Assembly: GCA_963827685.1 (NCBI GenBank) | Contig: CAWHBU010000003.1 | Location: forward strand, 544,001 to 608,000 | Length of the DNA: 64,000 nt | From: an uncultured delta proteobacterium | GTDB lineage: Bacteria; Desulfobacterota; BSN033; UBA1163 | Reading direction: 5' to 3' | Shown here: positions 47,975 through 59,003 of the stretch, in pieces | How the letters are laid out: each line of letters begins with the position of its first letter | Numbering within the stretch: the first letter of the stretch is position 1 | Made by a program: the position numbers and the translations under genes | Notes under the pieces: model-generated | Database searches by the model: none | The model's input: the letters and a program-made list of their open reading frames with translations, nothing else | What the model was told of the DNA's origin: nothing

Positions 47975-49690
47975 TTAAAAGAGCTTCAAGATTTCATCAA
48001 TGGTCTGTTTCTGGCTTGTGGTGTAAAAATAGCCTTTACCTCTTTCCAGAGCATCTGCTCCATCTCTGCATATCGGTTCTATCTCTATAGCTTTTTGGTA
48101 GCAGGTTTTTGCCTCCTTAATTTTCTTCTGTCGAAAATAGACTATTGATAGACCAATGTAAGGGTCTACATAATTTTTATCGAGTTTAATGGATGTTTGG
48201 AAATCCTTCATTGCCGATTCATATTTTCCTAACTCAAGATAGGCGAAACCGCGGTCGTTATATCCAGGGGGGACATTGGGTCTTATATCAATTGCTTTAT
48301 TGAAATCTTCAATTGCCCTATCGTATTTACCCATCTTAAAATAAGTGAACCCACGTGACCCATACACCTCAGCAAAATCAGGCTTTATGAGGAGTGCTTC
48401 CCTGAATGCTTGCATCGCTTCTTCATAACGATCGAATCTGCCATAAGCCGAACCCAAAAGACGGTGTGCCTCAGCGAAACCTGGCTTTATCCGAATTGCT
48501 TCTTTTGCAGCGTCTATTGCTTCTTGGTAATTACCAAGCATGCCATAAGTTCTGCTTAGGAGGCAGTAAGCCTCAACCCAATCGGGTTTAATACGGATTG
48601 TTTCCTTAAAGGCTTCGAGGGCTTCATGGCGACGACCAATCATAACATAGACAATACCCAAATCTAAGTGTGCCCTTGCCTCACTCGGTTTTATACGGAT
48701 CCCCTCCTTGAAAGCCTCTATCGCCTCCTGGTAACGACGAAGTCTGCCATATACCGATCCTAGGGCGAAGTATGCCTCAGCAATATCAGGTTTTAATTCA
48801 ACTACCCGTTTGAAATATTCAGCCGCCTCCTGGTTACGAGCAAGCTTACTATAACACTGACCTATCCACCAATAGGCTTCATAGTACTCTGGGTTCTTCT
48901 TCACTGCTCTCTTAAGATAAGTAAGAGCCTCCTCATAATCTTCTGTGTTGAAAAGGCGAATTCCTTTGGAGTTAAGCTCTGCTGCGGAGGCGAGCCACTC
49001 CTCTTCTCTTTGTGCCTCCCAACTAGCGATACTCTTCTCTTTACCTGGCTTAAGTTTTGTCACCCTTTCACCCGGAATTGCGAAATTTAGGTTTTGACCA
49101 CCTTCAAACAAAAACGTTGAAACTCCAATAACCTCTCCTTTGATATTGACGACAGGGCCGCCACTTGAACCTGGGGATATAGGAGCCGAGATCTGAAGAA
49201 CTTTCCCTCCAACTCCAAGAGATTTACGAATAGCCGAGACAATGCCGTCAGTAACTGTCCGCTCAAGCCCTAATGGACTACCAATTACGATTACACGTTC
49301 AGCAATTTCGGGAAAGGAAGCGCTTACCGTCAAAGGTATTACAACATTCCGAGGGGCATCTGTTGAGACTCTGATAAGATCACCATCTTCATCCTCCCCG
49401 ACTACCTTTTTAACATTAAAAACCCTTCCACCTGCTATTTTAATCTCAGCACGGTATGCTCCTTCAAGCACATGGCGATTAGTGATGACATGACCGTCTT
49501 CATTGATCCAAAAACCGCTTCCTAGACCAAGAGCTTCTCCTGTTTTCTTATAGGTTATAACTGTAACAACAGATGGCTGAATCTTTTTGACAATGGTTAT
49601 CAAATTTTCCTGTGACAGTAATGGGGCAGAAAGCACAATACACAAAAGAAATACAATCCAAGGTATCAGAAAAGACCTAAATATTTTCAT
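47975..49690 (-). CDS. Secreted trypsin-like (S1) serine protease with TPR repeats
   Basis: Signal peptide; TNRHV, DL and ISPGSSGGP triad motifs; long run of TPR repeats. Confidence 0.92.
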   Translation of the reverse strand: MKIFRSFLIPWIVFLLCIVLSAPLLSQENLITIVKKIQPSVVTVITYKKTGEALGLGSGFWINEDGHVITNRHVLEGAYRAEIKIAGGRVFNVKKVVGEDEDGDLIRVSTDAPRNVVIPLTVSASFPEIAERVIVIGSPLGLERTVTDGIVSAIRKSLGVGGKVLQISAPISPGSSGGPVVNIKGEVIGVSTFLFEGGQNLNFAIPGERVTKLKPGKEKSIASWEAQREEEWLASAAELNSKGIRLFNTEDYEEALTYLKRAVKKNPEYYEAYWWIGQCYSKLARNQEAAEYFKRVVELKPDIAEAYFALGSVYGRLRRYQEAIEAFKEGIRIKPSEARAHLDLGIVYVMIGRRHEALEAFKETIRIKPDWVEAYCLLSRTYGMLGNYQEAIDAAKEAIRIKPGFAEAHRLLGSAYGRFDRYEEAMQAFREALLIKPDFAEVYGSRGFTYFKMGKYDRAIEDFNKAIDIRPNVPPGYNDRGFAYLELGKYESAMKDFQTSIKLDKNYVDPYIGLSIVYFRQKKIKEAKTCYQKAIEIEPICRDGADALERGKGYFYTTSQKQTIDEILKLF

Positions 49691-49792
49691 TTTTTACCTC
49701 CTTTATCGCCCGCTTCTTAGTATTTACTATAAAGATAACGTTGAACTCTTACGTGGACAGTTAACACAAGTATACGATGTTACTTAACCCCC

Positions 49793-50518
49793 CTATTTCT
49801 TCCCTTCAATCAATTTCTCGGCGCTCCTTTTCCATTCCTCGTCCAAACTCTGATTTACTGAAATATAATCCCTAACTTTTTTGACAAGCATTTCTTGAGA
49901 GGGATGTTCAACACCAATTACATCAAGTATTTCCTTAGTCAATTTAGTCCTTGAACGAACCCAATCAATTTCTAGATGGTCTTTATGCTGGTAAATAACA
50001 ATTACATTATTCTTCAGAATATCCTCTATGTTACTTTCCATCTTAGTATCCAATAGTAATCGAGGCCCTTTAGGATTTAACATCGATAACTTATGCGCGT
50101 TTATTAATGCATCTCCCAAGACTGGATTAATTGTCATAATACCTCTGCCAAGAGGTACGCTTCCATCTTTTAGATTATCTGTAATCTCTCTTTGATAACA
50201 GCTAACAACATCCGCGATTTCACCTTGAGAAATTGCGACTCTTGCAAATCCATCTTTAGAAGTTAAAGATTGCATTAGTGCAATAGCAACTGAAATGGGC
50301 CTTTCTAAAGTGGTATCTCCTATGTAAGGACAGACTATAAAACCATCACCAAATTGGTAAATGAACAATCTGCTCTCATCATCTGGATACATTTTTGTTC
50401 CTATCTTGTACAAATCTAACATCAGGAAAGAAAGTAATCTCAAAGCCTTGTCTCCCTGACCCGAAAAATAATAATAACTAAATCCTTCCAAATCAATCCA
50501 CAATGACCATTTCTTCAT
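49793..50518 (-). CDS. Divergent class III nucleotidyl-cyclase-fold protein
   Basis: WIDLEGFS, YQFGDG, RVAISQG, LGDALINAHKL and PRLLLD, in the order of the cyclase core elements; AT-rich. Confidence 0.6.
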   Translation of the reverse strand: MKKWSLWIDLEGFSYYYFSGQGDKALRLLSFLMLDLYKIGTKMYPDDESRLFIYQFGDGFIVCPYIGDTTLERPISVAIALMQSLTSKDGFARVAISQGEIADVVSCYQREITDNLKDGSVPLGRGIMTINPVLGDALINAHKLSMLNPKGPRLLLDTKMESNIEDILKNNVIVIYQHKDHLEIDWVRSRTKLTKEILDVIGVEHPSQEMLVKKVRDYISVNQSLDEEWKRSAEKLIEGKK

Positions 50519-50659
50519 ATCAATGCCTCTAAACGCATAAAACTTATAAGGAATGAAAACAGAAATTTGGACAACCCAAAAATATCACAACTGCAAAATA
50601 TTTCAATTGTTTTTTGTAGGGGAAAGGATAGGAGGTTTTGAAATCAAATTCTACTTTGT

Positions 50660-50821
50660 CTAAGAACTTTTTTCTTGTTTTGCGGGGACGGCAGGTTCTT
50701 CAATTTTGTTGTTATTAACATCTTCGGGTTTCAACTTCTTCTGCACGCCGGAGGCGTAGACAATGATTGCTGCCTCTCCATCGACAGGGCACTTGTTTTC
50801 ACAGGGGGGTACTCTCATCAT
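50660..50821 (-). pseudogene. C-terminal remnant of a 4Fe-4S (NapG/MauM-like) protein
   Basis: Minus strand reads CENKCPVDGEAAIIVYASG...SS-stop right after the DUF362 stop; the ATGATG start there is in a different frame. Confidence 0.65.
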
Positions 50822-51771
50822 GATGTAGCGCTGACCTTTTTAACCCGAACTTTTGAGAGATCAATCTCGCCCAGACCTAAATCATAAGCATTCTTAACGA
50901 ACTGGATCTCCTCCGGCTTAAAAGGTTTTCCGGTCTGGGGATGCTTGAAGAACGCAGCGGCATAAGCATCCGCCGCCACAATATCTGCCGAAGCGATCAC
51001 CTCGCCGATGTCCTCTGTTTTTCCAGGCCCCTTTGGACCATTGGTTGTGAGAATCCGGATGGCATCCATCACAACCAGATCCGGTTTTCGAACCGTATTG
51101 ACATCAGCGATACATTGATGGAGTCCGATCTTATGCAATTGCTCCATATCCCATGTGATCCCAATTAAGTTTTTCATTCCAAGGGTCAGTTCGGTAGCAA
51201 AGTGCTGTTTGGGAATGGGGAAATTGACAAAGACATCTGATTCAAGCACATCTCTGAGGATTTCAACCGTCCTAAGCTTCTTGCCTTTCTGAACCTCGAC
51301 CTGTTTATAGGAGTTCCGGCCATGGCCGGAGAAAATGTCAGCCCCTGCCTTCTGGGCAGTCTCTTTTAACCCTGACCTGGAAAAACAAAACTGGTAATTA
51401 TCACAAGTATGATCCCAGATGGCGACTCGCTTCGCGCCCGTGTCATAGCACATCTTGATCAATGCCGAAAGAAGATCTGGGTTATTGGTGCAGGCCTGTT
51501 CGGGTGTCCTTGCCCAGGCGAAGTTCGCTTTGATCACGACTCTCTGGCCCTTCTTCACAAATCGACCCATTCCTCCCAAAGGAGCCATGGCGGCCTGTAG
51601 GAGTTGGGAAGCACTTCCATTTTTGGCAATGACCAGATCGGACTCTTCAGCGGCATGTGCCAGGGATCCGTAAAAAGGAAGCTTATTCGATAAAAGAGGA
51701 AGTGCTGCCGCAGCAGCTGCTCCCTTAAGAAATTGTCTTCGGGTAATCTTTTTACTCAGGGAATGGTCCAT
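50818..51771 (-). CDS. Tat-exported DUF362 family protein
   Basis: ITRRQFLK twin-arginine signal; GGMGRFVKKGQRVVIKAN, PKQH..LTLGMKN and DIVAAD motifs. Confidence 0.88.
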   Translation of the reverse strand: MDHSLSKKITRRQFLKGAAAAAALPLLSNKLPFYGSLAHAAEESDLVIAKNGSASQLLQAAMAPLGGMGRFVKKGQRVVIKANFAWARTPEQACTNNPDLLSALIKMCYDTGAKRVAIWDHTCDNYQFCFSRSGLKETAQKAGADIFSGHGRNSYKQVEVQKGKKLRTVEILRDVLESDVFVNFPIPKQHFATELTLGMKNLIGITWDMEQLHKIGLHQCIADVNTVRKPDLVVMDAIRILTTNGPKGPGKTEDIGEVIASADIVAADAYAAAFFKHPQTGKPFKPEEIQFVKNAYDLGLGEIDLSKVRVKKVSATS

Positions 51772-51839
51772 ATATCAATTCCTCCTCTTCTATTTCTAGC
51801 TGAGAGCATGAAATAGCTTATGCCGGAAGATTGAAGGGG

Positions 51840-52052
51840 GTCATTGCGAGGAGCGGTAGCGACGTGGCAATCTCAGGAGATTGCTTCGCTTCGCTCGCAA
51901 TGACCATTTCGCCACTCCAAAATCCGCAATTGGGCACCTCAGTCCTCAGCTCTTTTATTTATCCTTTATCCTTTGTCCTTTTTCCTCACTCCGCAATCCG
52001 CATTCCCTGCCTGCGCGAAGCCGCTTCGGCGAAGGCAGGCGAAATCCGCAAT
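51840..52052. repeat. Cluster of a GTCATTGCGAG REP, 7-mer tandem repeats and a 34-bp palindromic insert
   Basis: GTCATTGCGAG...CTCGCAATGAC at 51840-51904; TTATCCT and AATCCGC tandem units; insert at 52006-52039. Confidence 0.8.
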
Positions 52053-52057
52053 ATCAT

Positions 52058-53116
52058 TTACGGTGTCAATATCAGCCGTGACGCTCCTTTATCTGTCCCG
52101 AACCAGATACTATTCTTATCCTCGGCTGCACAAAATACCGCATTGCTCAATAATCCATCAGAAACCGTCAACGACTCCCACTGCCTCGTCGGAAGATCAT
52201 AAATACTTACCCCATTATCCCGACAGATGAAAACCTTCTCTTTTGTCACAGCAATGGAACTGATTCCTCCGTTCTTCAATGGATCCGTAGGCTCGATTTT
52301 ATTCCAACGGTCTGACGCAGGATCATACTCAAAGAGGGTCCCTCCAATCCCCCCTGCCCATATTTTCTGTCCGACACTGACTAAAGATTTGATCTCTGTC
52401 TCGGTTAGCCCTTCTTTCTGGGAATAGGCCTTCCAACTCTTTTTGACTTTGTTAAATTGACTGATCCCTCCGTTTGTCCCTGCCCATAGGAAATTGGATT
52501 GGACGAGAAGGGAATTGACAAAATTTCCAGAGAGGCGATCTTCCGTTGAGTAAAATCTCTTCCACCCCTCTGTCTTTTTATCAAGCAGGGAGAGGCCCTT
52601 TTCAGATCCCACCCAAACCCAATCTCCATCTAAAGCCATGGAGTTGATTTTTTTGGCACGGCCGTCGTTCGTATTGAAGCGTTTCCACGAAGGGCTTCTC
52701 TGAGGTTGATAATAGGATATTCCACCCCCTCCAAATCCATAAAAATAGGTGCCGAACCAGATGCGGTCCACATCCGGAAGGATGACAGAAACATGATTAT
52801 AAGGGAGAAGATTTTGCCAATTGATGCTTACCCCCTTGTCCACTTTATCCATCGGCTCGCCCTTGGTCGTATAGGCTCTGCAAGTCTTTTTGGACGGATC
52901 ATAGAGGGTGGCTCCTCCGCCATAGGTTCCGAACCAAACCTCCTCACCTTGAATAGCGATCGCATAAACCATCTCGCTGGAGAGACCCTCTTTGGGGGTG
53001 ACGTGTTGGAAGGACAAGGGCCTTTTGAGCGGGCCGGCTTCGGCATGGACGAAAATCGAAAGAAATAAAATGAGAGATAAAGATAGCTTCATTAAGGAAT
53101 GAAGGATCTTCGTCAT
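52058..53116 (-). CDS. Secreted beta-propeller protein (two-component regulator propeller-like repeats)
   Basis: Signal peptide; repeated GL.SN.V..I....WFGT..G units. Confidence 0.8.
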   Translation of the reverse strand: MTKILHSLMKLSLSLILFLSIFVHAEAGPLKRPLSFQHVTPKEGLSSEMVYAIAIQGEEVWFGTYGGGATLYDPSKKTCRAYTTKGEPMDKVDKGVSINWQNLLPYNHVSVILPDVDRIWFGTYFYGFGGGGISYYQPQRSPSWKRFNTNDGRAKKINSMALDGDWVWVGSEKGLSLLDKKTEGWKRFYSTEDRLSGNFVNSLLVQSNFLWAGTNGGISQFNKVKKSWKAYSQKEGLTETEIKSLVSVGQKIWAGGIGGTLFEYDPASDRWNKIEPTDPLKNGGISSIAVTKEKVFICRDNGVSIYDLPTRQWESLTVSDGLLSNAVFCAAEDKNSIWFGTDKGASRLILTP

Positions 53117-53446
53117 TTCCTCCTCCTAAAAATTTCCCTAATTATGTCGAATCGAATAGAGTTTTTCAATAGTTCCTGTTATTTCATTCTAAAGGAAACC
53201 GTCAGAGAACGGAAAAAATTTCGTTAACTTACCTTGACAATCTCCTTTTTGATGATTATCTAAAGGGCAGCGTTAAAGGGATGTATTTCGCCTATTAACC
53301 AACCGAACTTACAGAACACCTCTAACCAATTAATTTTAAAGAGTTTTTCTTTTTAAGGAGGTGATGCGATCTATTCATTAATATTGTAATTTTATTTTTA
53401 ATTTTACCGTTTTGAAAACCACTGACCAAGAAAGGAGAAGTCAAAG

Positions 53447-53740
53447 ATGAAGATCAGACCGTTACAGGACAGAGTGATTGTCAAACGACTCGCGGAGGAA
53501 GAGAAGACAAAAGGCGGGATCATCATTCCTGATACTGCAAAAGAGAAACCGCAGGAAGGGAAAGTTATAGCGGTTGGGAAGGGAAAGATGACAGAGGAAG
53601 GTAAGTTGATCCCTCTCGACGTAAAGGTTGGAGACAAAATTCTTTTTGGCAAGTATTCGGGCACAGAGGTCAAGATTGAAGGGGAAGAGCATCTTATCAT
53701 GAGAGAAGAAGATATCTTAGGAGTAATTGAAGGAAAATAA
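53447..53740 (+). CDS. groES: Co-chaperonin GroES
   Basis: [26 protein letters not shown]. Confidence 0.98.
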   Translation: MKIRPLQDRVIVKRLAEEEKTKGGIIIPDTAKEKPQEGKVIAVGKGKMTEEGKLIPLDVKVGDKILFGKYSGTEVKIEGEEHLIMREEDILGVIEGK

Positions 53741-53764
53741 CAAATTTCAAAGAAATGGAGGTAA

Positions 53765-55408
<1,644 letters not shown>

Positions 55409-55432
55409 GATTCGATTTATATTGAATTCGAG

Positions 55433-55471
55433 AAAAGGCTTGGGGACTCGGATTTTTCCCAAGCCTTTTTT
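55433..55471 (+). terminator. Rho-independent terminator of groESL
   Basis: AAAAGGCTTGGG-N13-CCCAAGCCTTTTTT. Confidence 0.8.
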
Positions 55472-55556
55472 CATTTCAATCCTTTCAAAAGCCCCCTCAC
55501 TAAGATGAATATAACTTTTTTAAAGGACTCTTTAACTTTTCAAAACCTTTATTATC

Positions 55557-55683
55557 TTTACGAAAATGCTGCAGAATGCCCCGCCGTGTGGGCGGGGATG
55601 AATGCAGCAAGTCAAATTTCGATAGGCGGGACATTCTTGTCCCGCCAGCATTTTCGCCGAGGCTGGAAAGCCTCGGCGAAATA
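55557..55683. repeat. Isolated IS200/IS605-like end hairpin plus two REP-like palindromes
   Basis: GCTGCAGAATGCCCCGCCGTGTGGGCGGGGATGAATGCAGC; GGCGGGACATTCTTGTCCCGCC; TTTCGCCGAGGCTGGAAAGCCTCGGCGAAA. Confidence 0.6.
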
Positions 55684-55779
55684 ACACTGCCGATATTAGA
55701 TTTTGAAGAAAAAATGTAGTCTTTCCGCTTCTAAAAAAGAGGTAACTATTCAATTCCGTTTTAAAAAACAAATTTTCCC

Positions 55780-56769
55780 TTGCCTTTAACACAAAAGAGC
55801 GATAATATTTTCCCCATTGTGGAAAAAAAGGCATTGCCTATCGATTTTCGGCATTTGGAAACTTTTTGCCGTGTAGCCGGTTTAAAAAGTTTCTCCAAAG
55901 CGGCTGACGATCTGTTCCTCACCCAACCCACGGTGAGCGGTCACATCCTCTCCTTAGAACAATCCTTGTCCCTGCGTCTCTTTGACAGGACGAGCAGGGA
56001 GGCTCGACTCACCAAAGCAGGGGAGGTCTTCCTGGAATATGCCTTAAAAATTTTGTCGCTCCGCAAGGAGTCGTTGAATGCTTTGAGCGAATTCTCACAG
56101 GGGATCAGAGGAGAGCTTTCTCTGGGTGCAAGTACCATTCCGGGAGAATATCTCCTTCCCAAACTCATGGGTGATTTCAAAAAAGAACATCCTCATTTTA
56201 TCATTGCTCTTAAGATTGCTGATACGAAGGAAATTATCCAATATGTCCTTCAAGACAACGTCGAGTTTGGCATCACTGGGGCTAAGTTGAACCATCCATC
56301 TCTCCATTATGAAAAATATGAGGAGGATGAAATTATTGTCGTAGCCCCATCCGACCACCCCCTGGCCCGAAAGAAGAGAGTGAACCTGGAAGAGCTTTTA
56401 AAGGAACCCTGGATTATTCGGGAGGAGGGTTCCGGAACTCAGATAGCGGCCGAAAAGGCATTAAGAAAGAAAGGCAGGAGCCTAAAACAGTTTAATGTGG
56501 TCATGGAGATGGGAAGTACTTCTTCGGTAAAAGAGGGCGTGAAGGCGAAATTAGGCCTCGCCTTCATCTCCGGAAGAGCCACGGAAGAAGAAATCAGACA
56601 GGGCTTCGTCTCCCGAATCGATCTGGAGGGGATCGAACCCATCTTTCGACAAATTTATATCGTTTCTCATCGTGGGAGAACGCTTTCCCCGATAGGCATG
56701 GAATTCCTTCGATTCCTCAAAAGGAAGAAGGAGAGAGAGTCTCTGAAAAACCGCTTTTCGCTCTCTTGA
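55780..56769 (+). CDS. LysR family regulator (CysL / selenium-metabolism-associated type)
   Basis: SFSKAA..LFLTQPTVSGHI HTH, GASTIPGEYLLP and REEGSGT; true start probably GTG 55819 or TTG 55834. Confidence 0.92.
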   Translation: MPLTQKSDNIFPIVEKKALPIDFRHLETFCRVAGLKSFSKAADDLFLTQPTVSGHILSLEQSLSLRLFDRTSREARLTKAGEVFLEYALKILSLRKESLNALSEFSQGIRGELSLGASTIPGEYLLPKLMGDFKKEHPHFIIALKIADTKEIIQYVLQDNVEFGITGAKLNHPSLHYEKYEEDEIIVVAPSDHPLARKKRVNLEELLKEPWIIREEGSGTQIAAEKALRKKGRSLKQFNVVMEMGSTSSVKEGVKAKLGLAFISGRATEEEIRQGFVSRIDLEGIEPIFRQIYIVSHRGRTLSPIGMEFLRFLKRKKERESLKNRFSLS

Positions 56770-56909
56770 TTACGCAGATTCTAAGAAATGATTGCACAGA
56801 TTTCCGGGCTTCTTCAGAAATCTTCTTAAAGAAATGGTTGACTTAGAAACCATAATTGTCTTAATAATAGGGCTGAACGGGAGAATCTAATGACTCCGGA
56901 TTCAATAAG

Positions 56910-58214
56910 ATGAAAAGATATCTCATACTTCTCTTCTTCATAATTCTCATCTTTACTTCCATCGCCGAGGCAAGAGTCTACCTTGATATCAACGCTCCGA
57001 CTTTTGTCCAGATCCCTATCATCCTTGCTAAATGGAAATCTGGGGACAAAACCCCTTCTTCCTTCTCAGACAAGGCTTACGAGATTCTGGCCAATGATCT
57101 TACCCTCTCCGGTTTTTTTAAGGTGATGGATTACAATCATCTTCCCCCTTCCCTCCGAGAAAAAGAAGGGATCCCGAATACGGAATCTCTACAAGAATGG
57201 GTCCCTGCGGGAGGAGAAATCCTCTTGGCCGGAGAAACCCTTTTGGAACCCGATGGTCTCAATTTCAAGTTGAAGTTTCATCTGTTTGATTTAGTGGAAC
57301 AGAGCCACATCGTTGGGAAACAGTATGAAGGTCCTTCACAAACCCTTCGATCCGCTGTCCACAGAATGGCCGATGAAGTCACTCTTCAGATCACAGGCGA
57401 GAAGGGGGTTCATAATACGAAGATTGCCTATACGGTTCGCCAGGGGGAAAACAAGGAAATCTTCATTGCTGATTTCGATGGTGCTAATGTCAAACAGATC
57501 ACTCAAAACCAATCTATCAACGTTTCGCCAGCCTGGGCTCCAGATGGTAAAAAAATCGCTTTCACTTCTTACCTCAGGCGAAATCCGGATCTCTATCTGA
57601 TCGATGTGGACGGGAAAAATCTTCAGCGACTCTCCCGCTACCCAGGGTTGAACGTCTCTCCCTCGTGGTCACCGGATGGGAAAAAGATCGCACTCATGAT
57701 GGGAATGGAAGGAAAGTCGGACATCTTCCTCATCGATACGAATGGGGGCAACCCAAAGAAACTGACGAAGGGGCACGGTAATGAGGCTTCGCCCACGTGG
57801 TCTCCGGATGGTGAGTGGATTGCCTTTATCTCCGACCGATCCGGTTCCCCACAAATCTATATCATGGCACACGATGGGTCCAATGTGCGTCGTCTGACTT
57901 TTGAGGGGAGTTACAATACCAACCCTTCCTGGTCCCCTAAAGGGGACCGGATCGCTTTTTGTGGAAGAGCAGAAGGTCATTATCATATCTTTACTATCGG
58001 AACGGATGGGCTGGGGCTCCGGAGATTGACCTCCAATTCTGGGAATAACGAAAGCCCTTGCTGGTCCCCGGATGGTCGTTACATCGCTTTTAGCTCCAAT
58101 CGGACAGGTGCGTCAAAGATTTTCATTATGAATGCCAACGGATTCAATCAGAGAAGTTTAACGCCATCGAAAGGAGGTGAATCGAGCCCAGCCTGGTCAA
58201 GGCGATTTGAATAA
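56910..58214 (+). CDS. tolB: Tol-Pal beta-propeller protein TolB
   Basis: ANDL..SG.F N-domain plus repeated P.WSPDG units; upstream of pal. Confidence 0.95.
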   Translation: MKRYLILLFFIILIFTSIAEARVYLDINAPTFVQIPIILAKWKSGDKTPSSFSDKAYEILANDLTLSGFFKVMDYNHLPPSLREKEGIPNTESLQEWVPAGGEILLAGETLLEPDGLNFKLKFHLFDLVEQSHIVGKQYEGPSQTLRSAVHRMADEVTLQITGEKGVHNTKIAYTVRQGENKEIFIADFDGANVKQITQNQSINVSPAWAPDGKKIAFTSYLRRNPDLYLIDVDGKNLQRLSRYPGLNVSPSWSPDGKKIALMMGMEGKSDIFLIDTNGGNPKKLTKGHGNEASPTWSPDGEWIAFISDRSGSPQIYIMAHDGSNVRRLTFEGSYNTNPSWSPKGDRIAFCGRAEGHYHIFTIGTDGLGLRRLTSNSGNNESPCWSPDGRYIAFSSNRTGASKIFIMNANGFNQRSLTPSKGGESSPAWSRRFE

Positions 58215-58215
58215 A

Positions 58216-58316
58216 CCCCGTTAGAAAAGGCGGCGCTTTGACCCCTGCCCTTTCTGTAAGGGCTCGAAGTTTTATAATATGATTCCCACCATAGAGGACG
58301 GGGATTTCTAACGGGG
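58216..58316. mobile_element. 101-bp MITE with 12-bp terminal inverted repeats
   Basis: CCCCGTTAGAAA ... TTTCTAACGGGG between tolB and pal. Confidence 0.7.
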
Positions 58317-58356
58317 AAAACATGAATTTCCAAATCATTCATCAAGGGAGGTTACC

Positions 58357-58920
58357 ATGACTAAGAAAAGTCTCATCGTCGCTGTTCTTATCCTCTGCAT
58401 TGGACTCATCATGATGGGTTGCCCGGCAAAAACCGTTGTGAAAGAAGAACCGTCTGTCAAGAAAGAAGAAGCCAAGACTGAAACAGAGCGCGCAAAGGAA
58501 CAGGAAACCAAAGCCAAAGAACAATTTGACAAAAGTCTTGTCGCGAAGGAAACTCCCGGCATTGCAGGGGAGGTTTTCGAAAGCTCTCTGCTTAAGGATA
58601 TTCACTTCGACTTCGATCGATATAATATCCGCCCTGCCGATGCATCCATTCTTAAGGAAAACGCAGCCCTTTTGAATAAATACACGAATGTCAAGATTCA
58701 AATCGAAGGACATTGTGATGAAAGAGGAACCGTAGAATACAACCTTGCACTCGGCGAAAGGCGGGCGACCGGTGCCAAGAATTACCTCGTCTCATTAGGC
58801 ATCGCCCCGGCTCGTATTTCTACGATCAGTTATGGAAAGGAAAAGCCGTTAGATCCTCGTCATAATGAAGAAGCCTGGACAAAAAACCGAAGGGCCCATA
58901 CCCTTGTCACGGCTAAATAA
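58357..58920 (+). CDS. pal: Peptidoglycan-associated lipoprotein
   Basis: Lipobox MMGC; IHFDFD, IEGHCDERGT.EYNLALGERRA and SYGKEKP..NRRA motifs. Confidence 0.97.
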   Translation: MTKKSLIVAVLILCIGLIMMGCPAKTVVKEEPSVKKEEAKTETERAKEQETKAKEQFDKSLVAKETPGIAGEVFESSLLKDIHFDFDRYNIRPADASILKENAALLNKYTNVKIQIEGHCDERGTVEYNLALGERRATGAKNYLVSLGIAPARISTISYGKEKPLDPRHNEEAWTKNRRAHTLVTAK

Positions 58921-59003
58921 TATGCCGGAGCACTCCTCAGGGAGTTTCTTGGCTCCCCGAGGAGAGCTTGCTTCCGGAAAAAATCTTGTGAAAAGGTGAT
59001 GGT

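Noticed and set aside
51831-52230. Plus-strand ORFs containing ACLREAASAKAG-like peptides
   Set aside because: The peptide is the 34-bp repeat translated; it recurs in ORF 28128-28334.
53117-53446. CIRCE operator expected upstream of groES
   Set aside because: No TTAGCACTC-N9-GAGTGCTAA found; only a TTGACA at 53234 with a weak -10.
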